Numbered from the stretch's first letter, positions 18,727 through 29,834 are shown. The stretch is 64,000 bases of DNA from an uncultured Acidobacteriota bacterium (GCA_963832615.1 CAWHVA010000027.1:165985-229984), one strand, 5' to 3'. Numbers and translations are program-made. Notes: generated by a model from the letters alone, not told the origin.

Positions 18727-19479
18727 ATGAGAAATTTCCTTTTCGTCTGCGCGCTGACTCTACTCGTAAATTCGCCAAGCCGCGCCCAACAACAACCCAA
18801 ACCCGATCCAAAATCCGCCACACCCGACCCCGCCGCCAAGCCCAAACGCAAAGTCCTCGACGCCGACCTCTCCGGCTTCGACATCTCCGATCCCAAATCC
18901 GAAAAGAAAGTCACCACCATGCTAGGCGGCAGCCGCACCGCGGCAATCCCGTCCGCCATTCTGTTAGCCCCAAAGCGCGCAAAATTCTACGGTTATCACG
19001 CCCTGTTCTCGTGGTCCTTCACCGGACACAACGAAGGTTACGTATTTCTCCTTACGGACGAAGATGAAACGCAATTATTCCGGACGGTGGTGAAGGAGCC
19101 GCGCTATCGAGCCGAGCCCATCTTTGACAAGCTAGAATCCGGCGCCACCTATTATTGGCGCGTTCAGGTTCTTCCGAATCCGCTAGGTAGCGAGCCCTTG
19201 GAAATCGTAACTGTGTCTGCGGAGGAGCGCCAGATCATCTACAACGCGTTGGCTGGCATTCCGGCAGGTGACTCGTACGATTCGGGCCTGGCACGCGCTC
19301 ATCTCTTCACCGACCACCGCCTCTGGTTCGACGCCCTGGGAGCGTACGACGACTTGATTGCCAAATATCCCGATCGTGCCGAACTCTACGACCAACGAGG
19401 CGCCATCTACGCTCAAATCCCCGTGACCAAGTCCCTCTCTGAATCCGACTTCGCCCGCGCCGACAAATCCGCAAAATGA
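18727..19479 (+). CDS. Secreted DUF928-like protein with C-terminal TPR
   Basis: Signal peptide, GGSR...LLAP, L..GATYYWRV and RLWFDAL motifs resemble DUF928; AGAGG RBS. Confidence 0.7.
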   Translation: MRNFLFVCALTLLVNSPSRAQQQPKPDPKSATPDPAAKPKRKVLDADLSGFDISDPKSEKKVTTMLGGSRTAAIPSAILLAPKRAKFYGYHALFSWSFTGHNEGYVFLLTDEDETQLFRTVVKEPRYRAEPIFDKLESGATYYWRVQVLPNPLGSEPLEIVTVSAEERQIIYNALAGIPAGDSYDSGLARAHLFTDHRLWFDALGAYDDLIAKYPDRAELYDQRGAIYAQIPVTKSLSESDFARADKSAK

Positions 19480-19558
19480 CGGAAACGCGGCGCACGCGGC
19501 GCGTTATTCGTAGCGTTTTGCGTGGTAACTGGCTGATTACCACCCTCCCCCTGTCTTC

Positions 19559-19623
19559 TGTAAGTATTGATTCTAAAGGCCGTTAAAGCCGTGTGTTTTG
19601 ATAGACTTGTGTAAGTATTGATT
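19559..19623. repeat. 14-bp direct repeat TGTAAGTATTGATT, two copies
   Basis: Copies at 19559-19572 and 19610-19623 in an AT-rich intergenic patch. Confidence 0.75.
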
Positions 19624-19963
19624 TTAATCGGCTTACCTGCGTCCCGCATTCACGTGGACCCGAAACGAAATTCCTAGTTCTAAGGCTCGGTCCAAGCCAA
19701 CGATCGGTGGGCCGGGCCTCGTCCAGAGGGCGAAAAAGCGGCTCGCGACTCGCCTTGACGCAGAATTTGATGACGGCTGCTCTGTTCTAATTGCTGCGCC
19801 AAGGGTGCGAGGGTGGGTTGAGGCGTGGAACGTGGCTAGCAGGGTACAAAAAAATAGCGCCGGGTGTACCGGCGCTCGGTCGTAATTTTACCTGAAAGGT
19901 ATTATGTGGATAGCGGAGGTCAAGGGTAAGCTTTACGTCCTGGTCGCGATTCGCTCAAGGATT

Positions 19964-21115
19964 CTAGGATTGGCCGAGAAACTCCCCAAGCAACATATGA
20001 AAATGATGCACGCCATTCTCGCGCTTCACCGAATAACGCCCGCGGTCGTACAGTGCAGACTGCAACCCCCGCTGCACGCTCTCGCACAGCCCAATATCTT
20101 CCTGCTGCACCTCGTCGCTGAAAGCAATGGCCTTCTTCATCCGCTCTTGTATTTTCGCCGACGCGATATCGTGAAAAAACCATTCAAAAATCGTTAGTGT
20201 CTTGTCCTGACTAAGCGGCACAATCAAGTTGGTCGACACATTGTCCGGATAAATATTCAGCATCAAGTTCGGAAAAATCCAGAAGTACAGTGCCTCCTGC
20301 GTACCGCTACCCGGAGCGTAGGCGCGATCATCAGAGTCCTCCGCCTTCATCGCCCGGATCGGCGCAAACTGCTGCGAGTGATACCGAAACGTGTCCGTAC
20401 GGTATTGCGAATAATCGATCTCGCGCATCAACCCGGGATGCGCAATAGGAATGTGATAGCCCTCCAGATAGTTATCGACGTACACCTTCCAGTTGCAATT
20501 AAGAACGTAGTCGCGCCGCTCCGCAAACTGCAGCCCCGCAAATCGAAATCCCCGCGCCTGTTCGGGAATATCTCCGAGATAAGCCGAAAGCGGCTCGGCG
20601 CCGCGGTCGAAATTCACAAAGATGAACTGCTCCCAAGTTTCCAACCGCAGCGGCACCATCCCCATCGTGCTGCGATCGAAAAATTCAACGCCCTCCACAT
20701 CCGGCGTCCCGATCAATCGACCATCCAATGTGTAGGTCCAGCCGTGGTATGCGCATCGCAGCACATTCTTGCACCCGCTACCCAACGCGATAGGCCCAGC
20801 CCGGTGCCGGCAAACATTGCTGAATGCGCGAAGCGTGCCTTCCTTGTCGCGCACGACTAAAATCGGCTCGCCTGCGACTTCCGCTGTGAAAAAAGTCTCG
20901 CGATCGGCAATCGTCCGCTGCAAGCCGTTCACTTCGCCGCAAGCGTGATCGAGCGTCCCGACAAGTTGCCATGTGCGCCGAAAAATCCGCGCCTTCTCGA
21001 TCTCCAGAATCGACGGATCGGCATAGAACCGTGAAGCCAGCGTCTGCGCGCACTCAATCCGTTCGCTGACGTCGAGCTGCAGCGGCGCTGTTGGCCGCAC
21101 TGGTTCAGCACTCAT
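19964..21115 (-). CDS. Rieske non-heme iron oxygenase alpha subunit (choline monooxygenase/CntA-like)
   Basis: NVCRHRA...CAYHGW Rieske motif; NWKVYVDNYLEGYHIPIAH and EDIGLCESVQRG iron ligands. Confidence 0.9.
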   Translation of the reverse strand: MSAEPVRPTAPLQLDVSERIECAQTLASRFYADPSILEIEKARIFRRTWQLVGTLDHACGEVNGLQRTIADRETFFTAEVAGEPILVVRDKEGTLRAFSNVCRHRAGPIALGSGCKNVLRCAYHGWTYTLDGRLIGTPDVEGVEFFDRSTMGMVPLRLETWEQFIFVNFDRGAEPLSAYLGDIPEQARGFRFAGLQFAERRDYVLNCNWKVYVDNYLEGYHIPIAHPGLMREIDYSQYRTDTFRYHSQQFAPIRAMKAEDSDDRAYAPGSGTQEALYFWIFPNLMLNIYPDNVSTNLIVPLSQDKTLTIFEWFFHDIASAKIQERMKKAIAFSDEVQQEDIGLCESVQRGLQSALYDRGRYSVKRENGVHHFHMLLGEFLGQS

Positions 21116-21119
21116 CACG

Positions 21120-22613
21120 TTAGAACTTCCGCGTTTCCTGCCGCGACCAGCGTTCCACCACAATCTTCGATTCCGTATAGAATTCCACGGCGTCGCGCCC
21201 TTGCCCGTGCAGAATGCCAAAGAAGCTTTCTTTCCAACCGCTGAACGGGAAATAAGCCATCGGCGCCGCCACGCCGATATTAATTCCGATGTTCCCTGCC
21301 GGCGCCTCGTAACGAAACTTCCGCGCCGCCGCCCCGCTCGTGGTGAACAAAGATGCCTGATTGCCGTAAGGACTTTTCGCCAGAAATTCCATCGCGGCAT
21401 CGATCGAGTTCGCATGTACCAGGCTAAGCACCGGTCCAAAGATCTCCGTGTGCGCAAGCTCGCTCGACGCCGGCACTCCATCCAGGACCGTAGGCTTCAA
21501 GAAATTTCCCGCTTCGTAAGCGGGTACCTTGGCGTTACGTCCGTCCACTGTAGCTTTCGCACCTTCGCTTATGCCCTGCCCGATCAGTGACTCGATGCGC
21601 TGCTTGCTCTCTCGACTAATCACCGGCCCCATCTGCACGCCAGCATCGAGACCGTTGCCAATACGAATCTTCGTGGCCGCATCGGCAATCGATTCTCCGA
21701 ACGTCTTCTGCGCCTCGCCGATGGTCACCGCAACGGACACCGCCAGGCACCGCTGCCCCGCGCAACCAAATGCGCTGTCGCTAATGATCTGCGTCGCCAG
21801 TTCCATGTCAGCGTCAGGCAGAACGATGACGTGATTTTTCGCGCCGCCCTGGCACTGCATGCGTTTGCCGCTGGCCGCCGCACGCGCGTAAACATGTTTT
21901 GCCACCGGCGTCGAGCCCACAAAGCTGATCGCCCGCACCTGCGGATGGTCGCATAGCGCGTCCACCACCGCGCGCCCGCCATTCACGAGATTTACGACGC
22001 CCTTCGGCAGGCCGGTCTTTTCAATCAATTCCATAACGTACTGCATCGTCAGCGGCACGCGTTCGGATGGCTTGAGCACGAAGGTGTTCCCGCAAGCGAT
22101 GGCGTAGGGCAAAAACCAGAACGAAATCATCCCCGGAAAATTGAACGGCACAATCGCCGCCACCACACCGAGCGGCTGCCGGATCTGCATTTCATCCACG
22201 CCCGGCGTCACGTCTTCCAGGTTGTAGCCCTGCATCATCATCGGGATGCCGCAGGCGACTTCGACATTCTCGATGCCGCGACGCATCTCAGCTTTTGCTT
22301 CGGCAAACGTCTTGCCGTTCTCGCGCGTGATCAAGCGCGCAATCTCATCGATATGTTCTTCCAGCAAGTTCTTGAGCTTGAACAGATACTGGACGCGTTC
22401 GCCCGGCGGAGTGCGCCGCCACGCCGGGAAAGCTGCGGCCGCGGCTTGCACCGCAGCATTGACGTCCGCAAGAGTAGACAGCGGTGTGCGCGCGAGGACC
22501 TCGGCGGTAGCTGGGTTCGCGACGTCCACGTAGTCGGTGGCCGAAGATCGGTGCCAACTGCCACCAACATAATTCTGCAGATCGAGTGTTTGTGTTGTCG
22601 TTGCGTTGCTCAT
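21120..22613 (-). CDS. mmsA: CoA-acylating (methyl)malonate-semialdehyde dehydrogenase
   Basis: [62 protein letters not shown]. Confidence 0.92.
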   Translation of the reverse strand: MSNATTTQTLDLQNYVGGSWHRSSATDYVDVANPATAEVLARTPLSTLADVNAAVQAAAAAFPAWRRTPPGERVQYLFKLKNLLEEHIDEIARLITRENGKTFAEAKAEMRRGIENVEVACGIPMMMQGYNLEDVTPGVDEMQIRQPLGVVAAIVPFNFPGMISFWFLPYAIACGNTFVLKPSERVPLTMQYVMELIEKTGLPKGVVNLVNGGRAVVDALCDHPQVRAISFVGSTPVAKHVYARAAASGKRMQCQGGAKNHVIVLPDADMELATQIISDSAFGCAGQRCLAVSVAVTIGEAQKTFGESIADAATKIRIGNGLDAGVQMGPVISRESKQRIESLIGQGISEGAKATVDGRNAKVPAYEAGNFLKPTVLDGVPASSELAHTEIFGPVLSLVHANSIDAAMEFLAKSPYGNQASLFTTSGAAARKFRYEAPAGNIGINIGVAAPMAYFPFSGWKESFFGILHGQGRDAVEFYTESKIVVERWSRQETRKF

Positions 22614-22852
22614 ACCTTACTCCTACTGGGGTTGTCACCTGGCTGGTGTCGCGGCCGCCAATTTCGGACCAACCTCTGGAACGGCCAGCTTACCAAACAA
22701 ATGTAAGGTTGAACACGACCGAGCTTTGCTGCACACCAGGATGATTGCAGGGGCCAGCATCGCCGCGCCCCGTTTCAGAAAGACGCCGAGAATCGGGATT
22801 CTCGAGTCACGCCAGACAGTATTTCAACGAAGCTGACGAAAAACGCCGCGCC

Positions 22853-23836
22853 TTACTTGCGGATCGACGCCAGCGCTTCGTACGCCGCGCCGAGCAGCGG
22901 GGCGGACTCGTTCAGGACCACCGACACCGGGATATTGGCAAGCAGGCTCTCGAACTTCCACTTGTCTTTAAACGCTGCGACGAATCTTCCGTCCTTCATC
23001 TTCTCGATGATTTTGACGGCGATGCCGCCGGCCACGTAAACCCCGCCGAGCGCCAGCACCTTCAGCGCAAGATTCCCGGCCTCCGCCCCGTAAATGGAAG
23101 TCCACAAATCCAGTGTCTCCACGCAGACCGGGCAAGTCTTGGCCAAGCCTTTGCTTGTGATTTCCGGCGCGGGATCCGCGTCGGGGTCCTCGAAGGAAGC
23201 GTGCTTCACTTCCGGCGCGAGAAATTCATGAAGGGTGCGGAAGCCGCGACCCGAGAGAATCAACTCCCAGCTGACCTGCGGATAGCGGCGGCGCATGAAG
23301 CGCAACAACTCGATCTGCTGTTCCGTGTGTGGTGCAAAATCGGAATGCCCGCCCTCGGATGGCGCAATGCGATAGCGCGTCCCATCCCACACCAGGAAGG
23401 ATTGCCCGAGCCCCGTGCCCGCCGCCAGCAGCGCCCTGGTGCCGCCCGGCTCCGGTTTTCCCGCATTTAGGACCGTGAATTCTTCAGGCGCGAGGTGTTC
23501 GATACTGTGTCCTGTCGCTCCGAGATCATTCAACAGCACGATCTTTTCGACTTCCAATTCGCGTTCGAGAATTTTTGCATCCACGGTCCACGGAAGATTG
23601 GTGGCGCGAACGTGATTTTCGATCACCGGTCCGGCAACTCCAAAGCCCGCCGCGACCACGCGATCGGCAGACAGATGGGAGGCCGCCTGCCGCGAAAATT
23701 CCTTCACGATCAGCTCGAACTTTGCGAACTCCTTGCTCGCAAACCGCTGTTTGAAAACGGTCGTGAGCTTTCCGCTCTTTTCCGAGAAAAGCGCAAGGTT
23801 GCACTTCGTGCCGCCTACGTCACCGGCAAGGATCAC
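22853..23836 (-). CDS. glk: Glucokinase
   Basis: LAGDVGGTK, GVAGPV, TNLPW, LLNDL, GTGLG, SEGGH, GGVYVAGGI. Confidence 0.93.
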   Translation of the reverse strand: MILAGDVGGTKCNLALFSEKSGKLTTVFKQRFASKEFAKFELIVKEFSRQAASHLSADRVVAAGFGVAGPVIENHVRATNLPWTVDAKILERELEVEKIVLLNDLGATGHSIEHLAPEEFTVLNAGKPEPGGTRALLAAGTGLGQSFLVWDGTRYRIAPSEGGHSDFAPHTEQQIELLRFMRRRYPQVSWELILSGRGFRTLHEFLAPEVKHASFEDPDADPAPEITSKGLAKTCPVCVETLDLWTSIYGAEAGNLALKVLALGGVYVAGGIAVKIIEKMKDGRFVAAFKDKWKFESLLANIPVSVVLNESAPLLGAAYEALASIRK

Positions 23837-23896
23837 CTGTCCCCCTGTCCCTAGTTCGTTTCTTCGCGCTGTGCGTTTATGCGCTCGCTGCTGTGG

Positions 23897-25408
23897 CTAT
23901 GAATTGAACCACCGGCGGCCTTCGCGTTCCAGCAAAGCATCGGATTCGCGGGGGCCCCAGTTTCCCGCCGGGTATTGCGGAACGCTGGCGGTCTTCGCCG
24001 CGCTCCAGACATCCAGAATAGGATCGACCAGCGCCCAAGCCGCTTCAACGCTGTCGGCCCGATCGAACAGGGTGGCGTCACCGCGCACGCAATCGCCGAG
24101 CAGCGTTGCGTACGCGCTTCGCGCGCCATCGCCAAACCCTTCGCTGTAACTGAAATTCATGGTGACGTTGCCGATGGCCATTTCGGGTCCCGGCTTCTTG
24201 GCCCCAAAGGAAACAGAGATTCCTTCGTCTGGTTGAATGTTCAAGACCAGCCGGTTGGCCTTGACATGGCGCTCCCGAAATACGATGTGCGGCGCGCACT
24301 TGAACTGAATCACGATCTCCGTCGTACGTTTGGCCAAACGCTTCCCAGTTCGTAAATAGAATGGAACGCCGGCCCATCGCCAGTTGTCGATCAATAGTTG
24401 CGCGGCAACAAAGGTCTCGGTGCGCGACGCGGGGCTGACGCCAGGTTCCGAGCGGTATCCGGGAACACTCTTGCTATCGAGCGTTCCGGCGGCATACTGC
24501 CCGCGCACCACCGACTGTGCGACCATTCCGAGATCGAAAGGCCGTATGGATTGCAGCACTTTCAGCTTTTCGTTTCTCACCGCGGTGGCATCGAACGACG
24601 CTGGAGGTTCCACGGCAACCAGCGAAGTAAGCTGCAAAACGTGGCTCTGAATCATGTCTCGGAGTGCGCCAGCCGTCTCATAAAAGCCGCCGCGCCTTTC
24701 GACACCGAGGGTCTCCGCAGCGGTGATCTGGACGTGATCGACATAGTTTCGGTTCCAGAGAGGCTCGAAGATTCCGTTGCTGAAACGCAGTACCAACAAA
24801 TTCTGTACCGTGTCTTTTCCGAGGTAGTGATCGATGCGATAGACCTGCTGCTCGTCAAAAACTTTCAGCACGATCTTGTTCAACTCTTTCGCGGAGGCCA
24901 AGTCCCGGCCGAAAGGCTTTTCGATAATGATGCGCACCCAGGAGTCGGGAGACGTAGACTTGGCGAGTCCCGCTTTGCCCAGTTGCTCAACGATGTCCTT
25001 GTACACCTCGGGAGGCGTCGACAAGTAAAACAAACGGTTACCCACCAGGCCTTTCTGACCTTCCAGGTCCGTCAGGCGCTTTGCAAGATTGGCGAAATCT
25101 TCCGCCTTGCCATATTCGCCGTGCTGATAATGCAGGTGTGACGCAAACTCCTCCCACTTTTTGGGATCGATCGGCCCGATTTCCGATTCGCTCTTGGACG
25201 CATCTCCCAGCGAGGCCCGAAAGCTTTCGTCGGTCATCGGCGTGCGCGCGTAGCCGACGATTGCATACTGAGGACCCAGCAAGCCGTGGATCGCCAGGTC
25301 GAACATCGCGGGGATCACCTTGCGCTTGGCGAGATCCCCTGAGGCACCGAAGAGCACCACGGTGCATGGCTCAGAGCCGTTTGCGCCTCCCGAACGGTTT
25401 TCATCCAT
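23897..25408 (-). CDS. zwf: Glucose-6-phosphate 1-dehydrogenase
   Basis: [38 protein letters not shown]. Confidence 0.96.
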   Translation of the reverse strand: MDENRSGGANGSEPCTVVLFGASGDLAKRKVIPAMFDLAIHGLLGPQYAIVGYARTPMTDESFRASLGDASKSESEIGPIDPKKWEEFASHLHYQHGEYGKAEDFANLAKRLTDLEGQKGLVGNRLFYLSTPPEVYKDIVEQLGKAGLAKSTSPDSWVRIIIEKPFGRDLASAKELNKIVLKVFDEQQVYRIDHYLGKDTVQNLLVLRFSNGIFEPLWNRNYVDHVQITAAETLGVERRGGFYETAGALRDMIQSHVLQLTSLVAVEPPASFDATAVRNEKLKVLQSIRPFDLGMVAQSVVRGQYAAGTLDSKSVPGYRSEPGVSPASRTETFVAAQLLIDNWRWAGVPFYLRTGKRLAKRTTEIVIQFKCAPHIVFRERHVKANRLVLNIQPDEGISVSFGAKKPGPEMAIGNVTMNFSYSEGFGDGARSAYATLLGDCVRGDATLFDRADSVEAAWALVDPILDVWSAAKTASVPQYPAGNWGPRESDALLEREGRRWFNS

Positions 25409-25469
25409 GGTCGTTGGTCTCCCCTCAGCTCGATTCCAGGGTCTTATTGTGAATTAACGGCGTTTGACA

Positions 25470-26108
25470 CTATACCTCAACACCGTACTTTTGCAGATCA
25501 CAGCGGAGTTGCTGCGCGTTTTGATAGTGGATGGCATTCATGCCCAATCGTCGAGGCGCCTCCAGATTCAAAGGACGGTCATCGATGAACACGCATTGCT
25601 CCGGCGGCCGCTGGGTTACCTCCAGAGCCACGCGAAAGATCAGCTCTTCCGGCTTTCGCGAACGCACGTAGCACGAACTGAAGAAAACCAGAAAGTCCCG
25701 GCGCAAGTCAAAGGCTTCAATGCGGTACTGATTGAGCTCCAGCGGCTCGTTATTGATGGCTCCGATGAAATATTTCCCGGATTGTGCGGCCTGCTTCAAG
25801 AGCGCTCGCGACTGCGGGAATTCCTTGGACTGCGCGAACATGAAAGCGATGAACTCTTCCCGCGTGAATGACCGGGTGCGGTAAAACAGGGTGCGATCGA
25901 GATACTCGTCCAAGGTGATGTGCCCGGAATCAAAGGCGGGAAACGACAGTTCGTGTCGATCCTGGAACTCTTCCCAGTCCAAATGAAACACCGTGGCCGC
26001 TTCGCGGCGCGACCCGCGATCCCAGCCATTGGTGAGGATCACTCCCCCGATATCCCAAAACAGCGTGGTGATTTTAGACAAGGCTGCGACACCTCGCTTC
26101 GAAGGCAT
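25470..26108 (-). CDS. HAD family phosphatase
   Basis: FWDIGGVIL, RKP..IF, FIDDR..N. Confidence 0.88.
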   Translation of the reverse strand: MPSKRGVAALSKITTLFWDIGGVILTNGWDRGSRREAATVFHLDWEEFQDRHELSFPAFDSGHITLDEYLDRTLFYRTRSFTREEFIAFMFAQSKEFPQSRALLKQAAQSGKYFIGAINNEPLELNQYRIEAFDLRRDFLVFFSSCYVRSRKPEELIFRVALEVTQRPPEQCVFIDDRPLNLEAPRRLGMNAIHYQNAQQLRCDLQKYGVEV

Positions 26109-26176
26109 TCCTTAAATACTCTTGTTCGGTGAGCCGCCCGCGACCCTCGATTCAGGGTGGACTCCGCGAGCGTGAC

Positions 26177-27880
26177 CTAGAGCTTTTGAACCAGGTGCTC
26201 GAGTTCTGTCAAGCCCTGCTCCAGACCCTGAGTGAAATGCAGTTGCATAACCAGCATATGTCGCAACTCCAGCGATTCAAAGTCGCTCAGAGCCAGAGCC
26301 AATTGTAACTGCCCAAAGGTATATCCGGCACCTGGAATGCCGATATCCTCCGCGGGTTCCGTGGTAAGAATCAAGAACAGTCCCGGGATGGTCCACCCTT
26401 GTATACTTGCTCGAAATTACGAAGATAATGCGTGCCGGAACTCAGCAACACCGGGATTTGCAGGCGTGATGCGAGTTCTTCACGCAATCGCCCGAGCGCG
26501 GCGTTCGTTGCGGGTTGGTTGGCCGCATAGACTATTACTGCCAGATATCCATCGGCTTCCCGCGCTTCCAGGAAAGTTCGTAACGCCTCGGAGAGATTCA
26601 GAGTCGAAATCTGGAGCCGGGTCTCGCCTTCCGCGTAAAGTTCAATTCCCTTTTCGCGGGCCCTCGCGGTACGCGCCGGAAACTGGCGCCTGGACGACAG
26701 GATCTCAAGTATGCTGGAAACTCTTCCTCTGTTCTCTTGCACCTCCGGCTCATCAAACGGATTCACATTCAATGGAACGCATGCCAACGCCGTTGCGACT
26801 TCCCACTTGAACACCTCGGCCCAACTCCTCGGGGCCATCGATCTCGATCGACACAGTTGGCAACCCGGCCCTCCGCAGCACCACCTCGAATTCTGTGATC
26901 TCGGAGTCGTCGTCCCCGCGCATCGCTAAAATCGCAGCCGTGAAGCCTCGCCGGTAGATCTCCAGCCACCTCGGAGCTTCATCGCATACTGGGAGCAATC
27001 CCTGCCTCTCCTTGCACATGCTCGCACCGACCAGCTGTCCGATGCGGTAGGTCAAGTTCCGAATGCTTCTGGTACCCAGCAGAAGAAGCTTGTCGCTGCC
27101 GTCCAGCGCACCACCGGCGAGGAATGCGGCAAGTCCCAGCGCCGGATTCTTGTGGGCGGCCTCGGGCTGCCGGCACATGTCGCGCATCGCGAGGGCCTGC
27201 GACACCAAGGTTTGCGGGTCGCTGTTCCAAATCGCCGAGAGTAGCAGCCCAAAGTGAATCAAAGATGAATAACGGCCCTTACTGCCGGGCGAATCAAGGA
27301 AGGTGGCCCGAAATCCGTAGTTTCTTGACAACCACGACAGATACGAATCCTCTTCAGTGACGGCAACAAAGCATTTGCCGGGGTCGCCGGTCCCTTGCGC
27401 TTTCAACCGGTCCAAGAAATAAAGCAGCAGCGCGTGGGTCTCAATGCGCTTCCCGGACTTGCTGGCGACAACAAAGAGAGTCTTTCGGTAATCCAGCTGT
27501 TTATCGACCGCGCGAATTGCGGCCGGATCGGTGCTATCCAGAACAAACACTTTTCCATATCGTTTTTCAGCGGACGTAGTTAATAGCGTCTCCGCGGCCA
27601 GGTTTGAGTCACCCATGGCAATGAAGACCATGTCCTGAAAACCGTCACTTTTTGTAGCTTCCGCCAATTGGCTGACGCGATCCATGTAGGCGCCAACTTG
27701 CTCCGACAAATCGAGCCAGGCGAGATTTCCGCCCACCGATCGCTTCTGGCCGTTGGGACCGCGCCATAGCGACGCATCTTTTGCCCACAATCGATCGACG
27801 GCACTGCCGGCAACCAACTTGTCCAACTCCCGGCGCCAGACTGGAGCTAGTTAACCTGGGTAAATTATTTGACTATGCAT
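26177..27880 (-). pseudogene. Degenerate glucose-6-phosphate isomerase-like gene (PGI half of Tal/Pgi type)
   Basis: RLWAKDASLW, LAWL, LDSTDP, VASKSG..IET, NPFD.P.V, YKGGP, YTFGQL..A.A.SDF; in-frame TAA near 27851, frameshifts near 26825 and 26385, altered catalytic motifs. Confidence 0.75.
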
Positions 27881-28051
27881 AATTCAATCATTCTCTAATG
27901 GATATGGATACAATTTTACTCTGGGCTCTGCAATTGTGCCAAGCCTCTGCGCGTACGATTTAGCGCGTGGTGCCGCATTTCTCACTCCCGAAGTGGAATT
28001 TCCCGCCTGCTTGGGGTATCGTCGAAATTCAGGTGTCTTCCAGGAGCCTCG

Positions 28052-28384
28052 ATGGCCAATGAATCTTGCGATCCTACACCAGCGCCCAGCGAACCGGTAA
28101 AGCCCGGCGCGCGCATGGTGAAGTGCGTGAAGTTTGGAAGAGAGATGCCGGGGCTGGATCGCGTCCCCTGGAAAGGGGAACTCGGCAAGCGCGTCTACGA
28201 GAGCGTATCGAAGGATGCCTGGAAGCTGTGGATCGAACATTCCAAGATGGTGATGAACGAATACCGGCTTAATCCGCTCGATCCGAACTCGCAGAAAATC
28301 ATGGAAGAACAGATGGAGCAGTTTTTCTTCGGTGAGGGATCGAAGCTTCCAGAAGGTTACGTGGCGCCCAAGGCCAAGGGCTGA
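28052..28384 (+). CDS. yggX: Oxidative damage protection / Fe(II)-trafficking protein (YggX family)
   Basis: RMVKCVK.G.E..GL...P..GELGKRVYE.VSK.AW..W......NEYRL...FFFGEG...PEGY. Confidence 0.92.
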   Translation: MANESCDPTPAPSEPVKPGARMVKCVKFGREMPGLDRVPWKGELGKRVYESVSKDAWKLWIEHSKMVMNEYRLNPLDPNSQKIMEEQMEQFFFGEGSKLPEGYVAPKAKG

Positions 28385-28450
28385 TTTTTCCAGGACTGCT
28401 TCGCTCGCCCGTTTTTCTATAGCTCGCCCCTCAGTCAGCGCAATCCGTTC

Positions 28451-29755
28451 CTACCTGATCATGCTTCTGGTCGCCGGGTGCTCTACCGCGAGCCGCGGCG
28501 TGATGGTAAATCTTAATTTTGCATGCGCGTCGCGCAGCGTCATCTCGACTTCTGCGGCAGTCACCGAACGCGCAAACAGAAAGCCCAGGTAACTCGAACC
28601 TTCGGGCCAAGCCGCAATATAGTCGTGCAGGCGGGCCGTGATCTGCAAGTCAGTCACACCCAGCGTCCCACGGGCCTCTTCTTCTCCCTGGACCTTTTCC
28701 AAGACCCCGCTCTGCGGAACTGGAATCATCATCACGCCAGAGGCCTCGGACTCGCGGGGCCAATCGCTTCCTGGCAAGCCCACCGCGTGCCGAAGCAACA
28801 ACTCCTCCAGCCCGATTAGTTCGCCAGGCTTTACGTCGTGGAATCGCATTGCGCGCGCGCAAAGCCCGCCAATGGGCCGCGGCGCAACCTCCAGCGGCCA
28901 CACTCCCTGTTCGTTGACGCGAAATTCCGCGTGGATAGGGCCTTGCGTCAGGCCCAATGCCCGAACGGCATCCAGAACGCATCGCTCGACGTCGCGTAGC
29001 TCCGATTGCGACAGGCGCGACGGCGTCACGTAAATAGTTTCTTCGAAATATGGGCCTTCCAGCGGATCGGGCTTGTCAAAGATCGCCAGGATGCGGAGCT
29101 GGCCATCGGTCAACAAACCTTCCACGGCCACTTCTTTTCCCGGAAGATAACCTTCGACGATCACCTGATCTAGCTTCGCTTCGCGCGTGGCCAAAATTTC
29201 CGGCGATGCCAGCAGCTTTCGAATCCTTTCCGCGGCGGACACGAATTCATCGCGGGAGTTGGCGCGGATGACTCCCTGACTCGCCGAAAGCGACATCGGC
29301 TTGAGCACACACGGATAGGAAATGCCAAGAAGCGCCGGCTCAGGCGCGGGATGCAACGCTACGGTGCGAAACCACGGCCCAGGCAATCCTGCGTCGCGAA
29401 ACACTTCGCGCGTGCGCAATTTGCTGCGGCACGCTTGTACGGCAGCGGGATGGTTGTAAGCAAGACCCAAACCGCGGGCAACGTGGGCTGCGGCGACGGC
29501 GGGCCGATCGCCAAACGTCAGGATTCCATCGACGGCTTGCCCGTTAGCGCGGACCGCCACCAAGACGGCGTATGCAGCCGCATCCGGCGACTCGAAATGG
29601 ACAGCTATCGCGCGATCGCCCCAGGGATCGTCGAGTTGATGGCAGCGGTCGGTCACAAAGACGATATCCACGGCGAGTTTGCGGGCAGCCTCGTCGAGGC
29701 TGCGGGTTTGGTATCCCAGCTTGCTGGCAAAAACTAGTACTTGCTTGCGCTTCAC
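28451..29755 (-). CDS. ATP-grasp domain protein
   Basis: CRSK..TRE, YPCVLKP..LSASQGVIRA, VEGYLPG.EVAVEG, IFDKPDPL.GPYFEETIY, HAEFR, EVAPRPIGG. Confidence 0.9.
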   Translation of the reverse strand: MKRKQVLVFASKLGYQTRSLDEAARKLAVDIVFVTDRCHQLDDPWGDRAIAVHFESPDAAAYAVLVAVRANGQAVDGILTFGDRPAVAAAHVARGLGLAYNHPAAVQACRSKLRTREVFRDAGLPGPWFRTVALHPAPEPALLGISYPCVLKPMSLSASQGVIRANSRDEFVSAAERIRKLLASPEILATREAKLDQVIVEGYLPGKEVAVEGLLTDGQLRILAIFDKPDPLEGPYFEETIYVTPSRLSQSELRDVERCVLDAVRALGLTQGPIHAEFRVNEQGVWPLEVAPRPIGGLCARAMRFHDVKPGELIGLEELLLRHAVGLPGSDWPRESEASGVMMIPVPQSGVLEKVQGEEEARGTLGVTDLQITARLHDYIAAWPEGSSYLGFLFARSVTAAEVEMTLRDAHAKLRFTITPRLAVEHPATRSMIR

Positions 29756-29834
29756 TGGTGCTGCCTTTCTCTGAGGGGTTCGCCGGGTTTCGCTTGCCGC
29801 TGGGGCCAGGGACGATACGAGCTCGGCTTGGTTT

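Noticed and set aside
21116-21481. N-terminal extension of the Rieske ORF (505 aa in the track)
   Set aside because: Lies inside mmsA in another frame; the likely start is 21115
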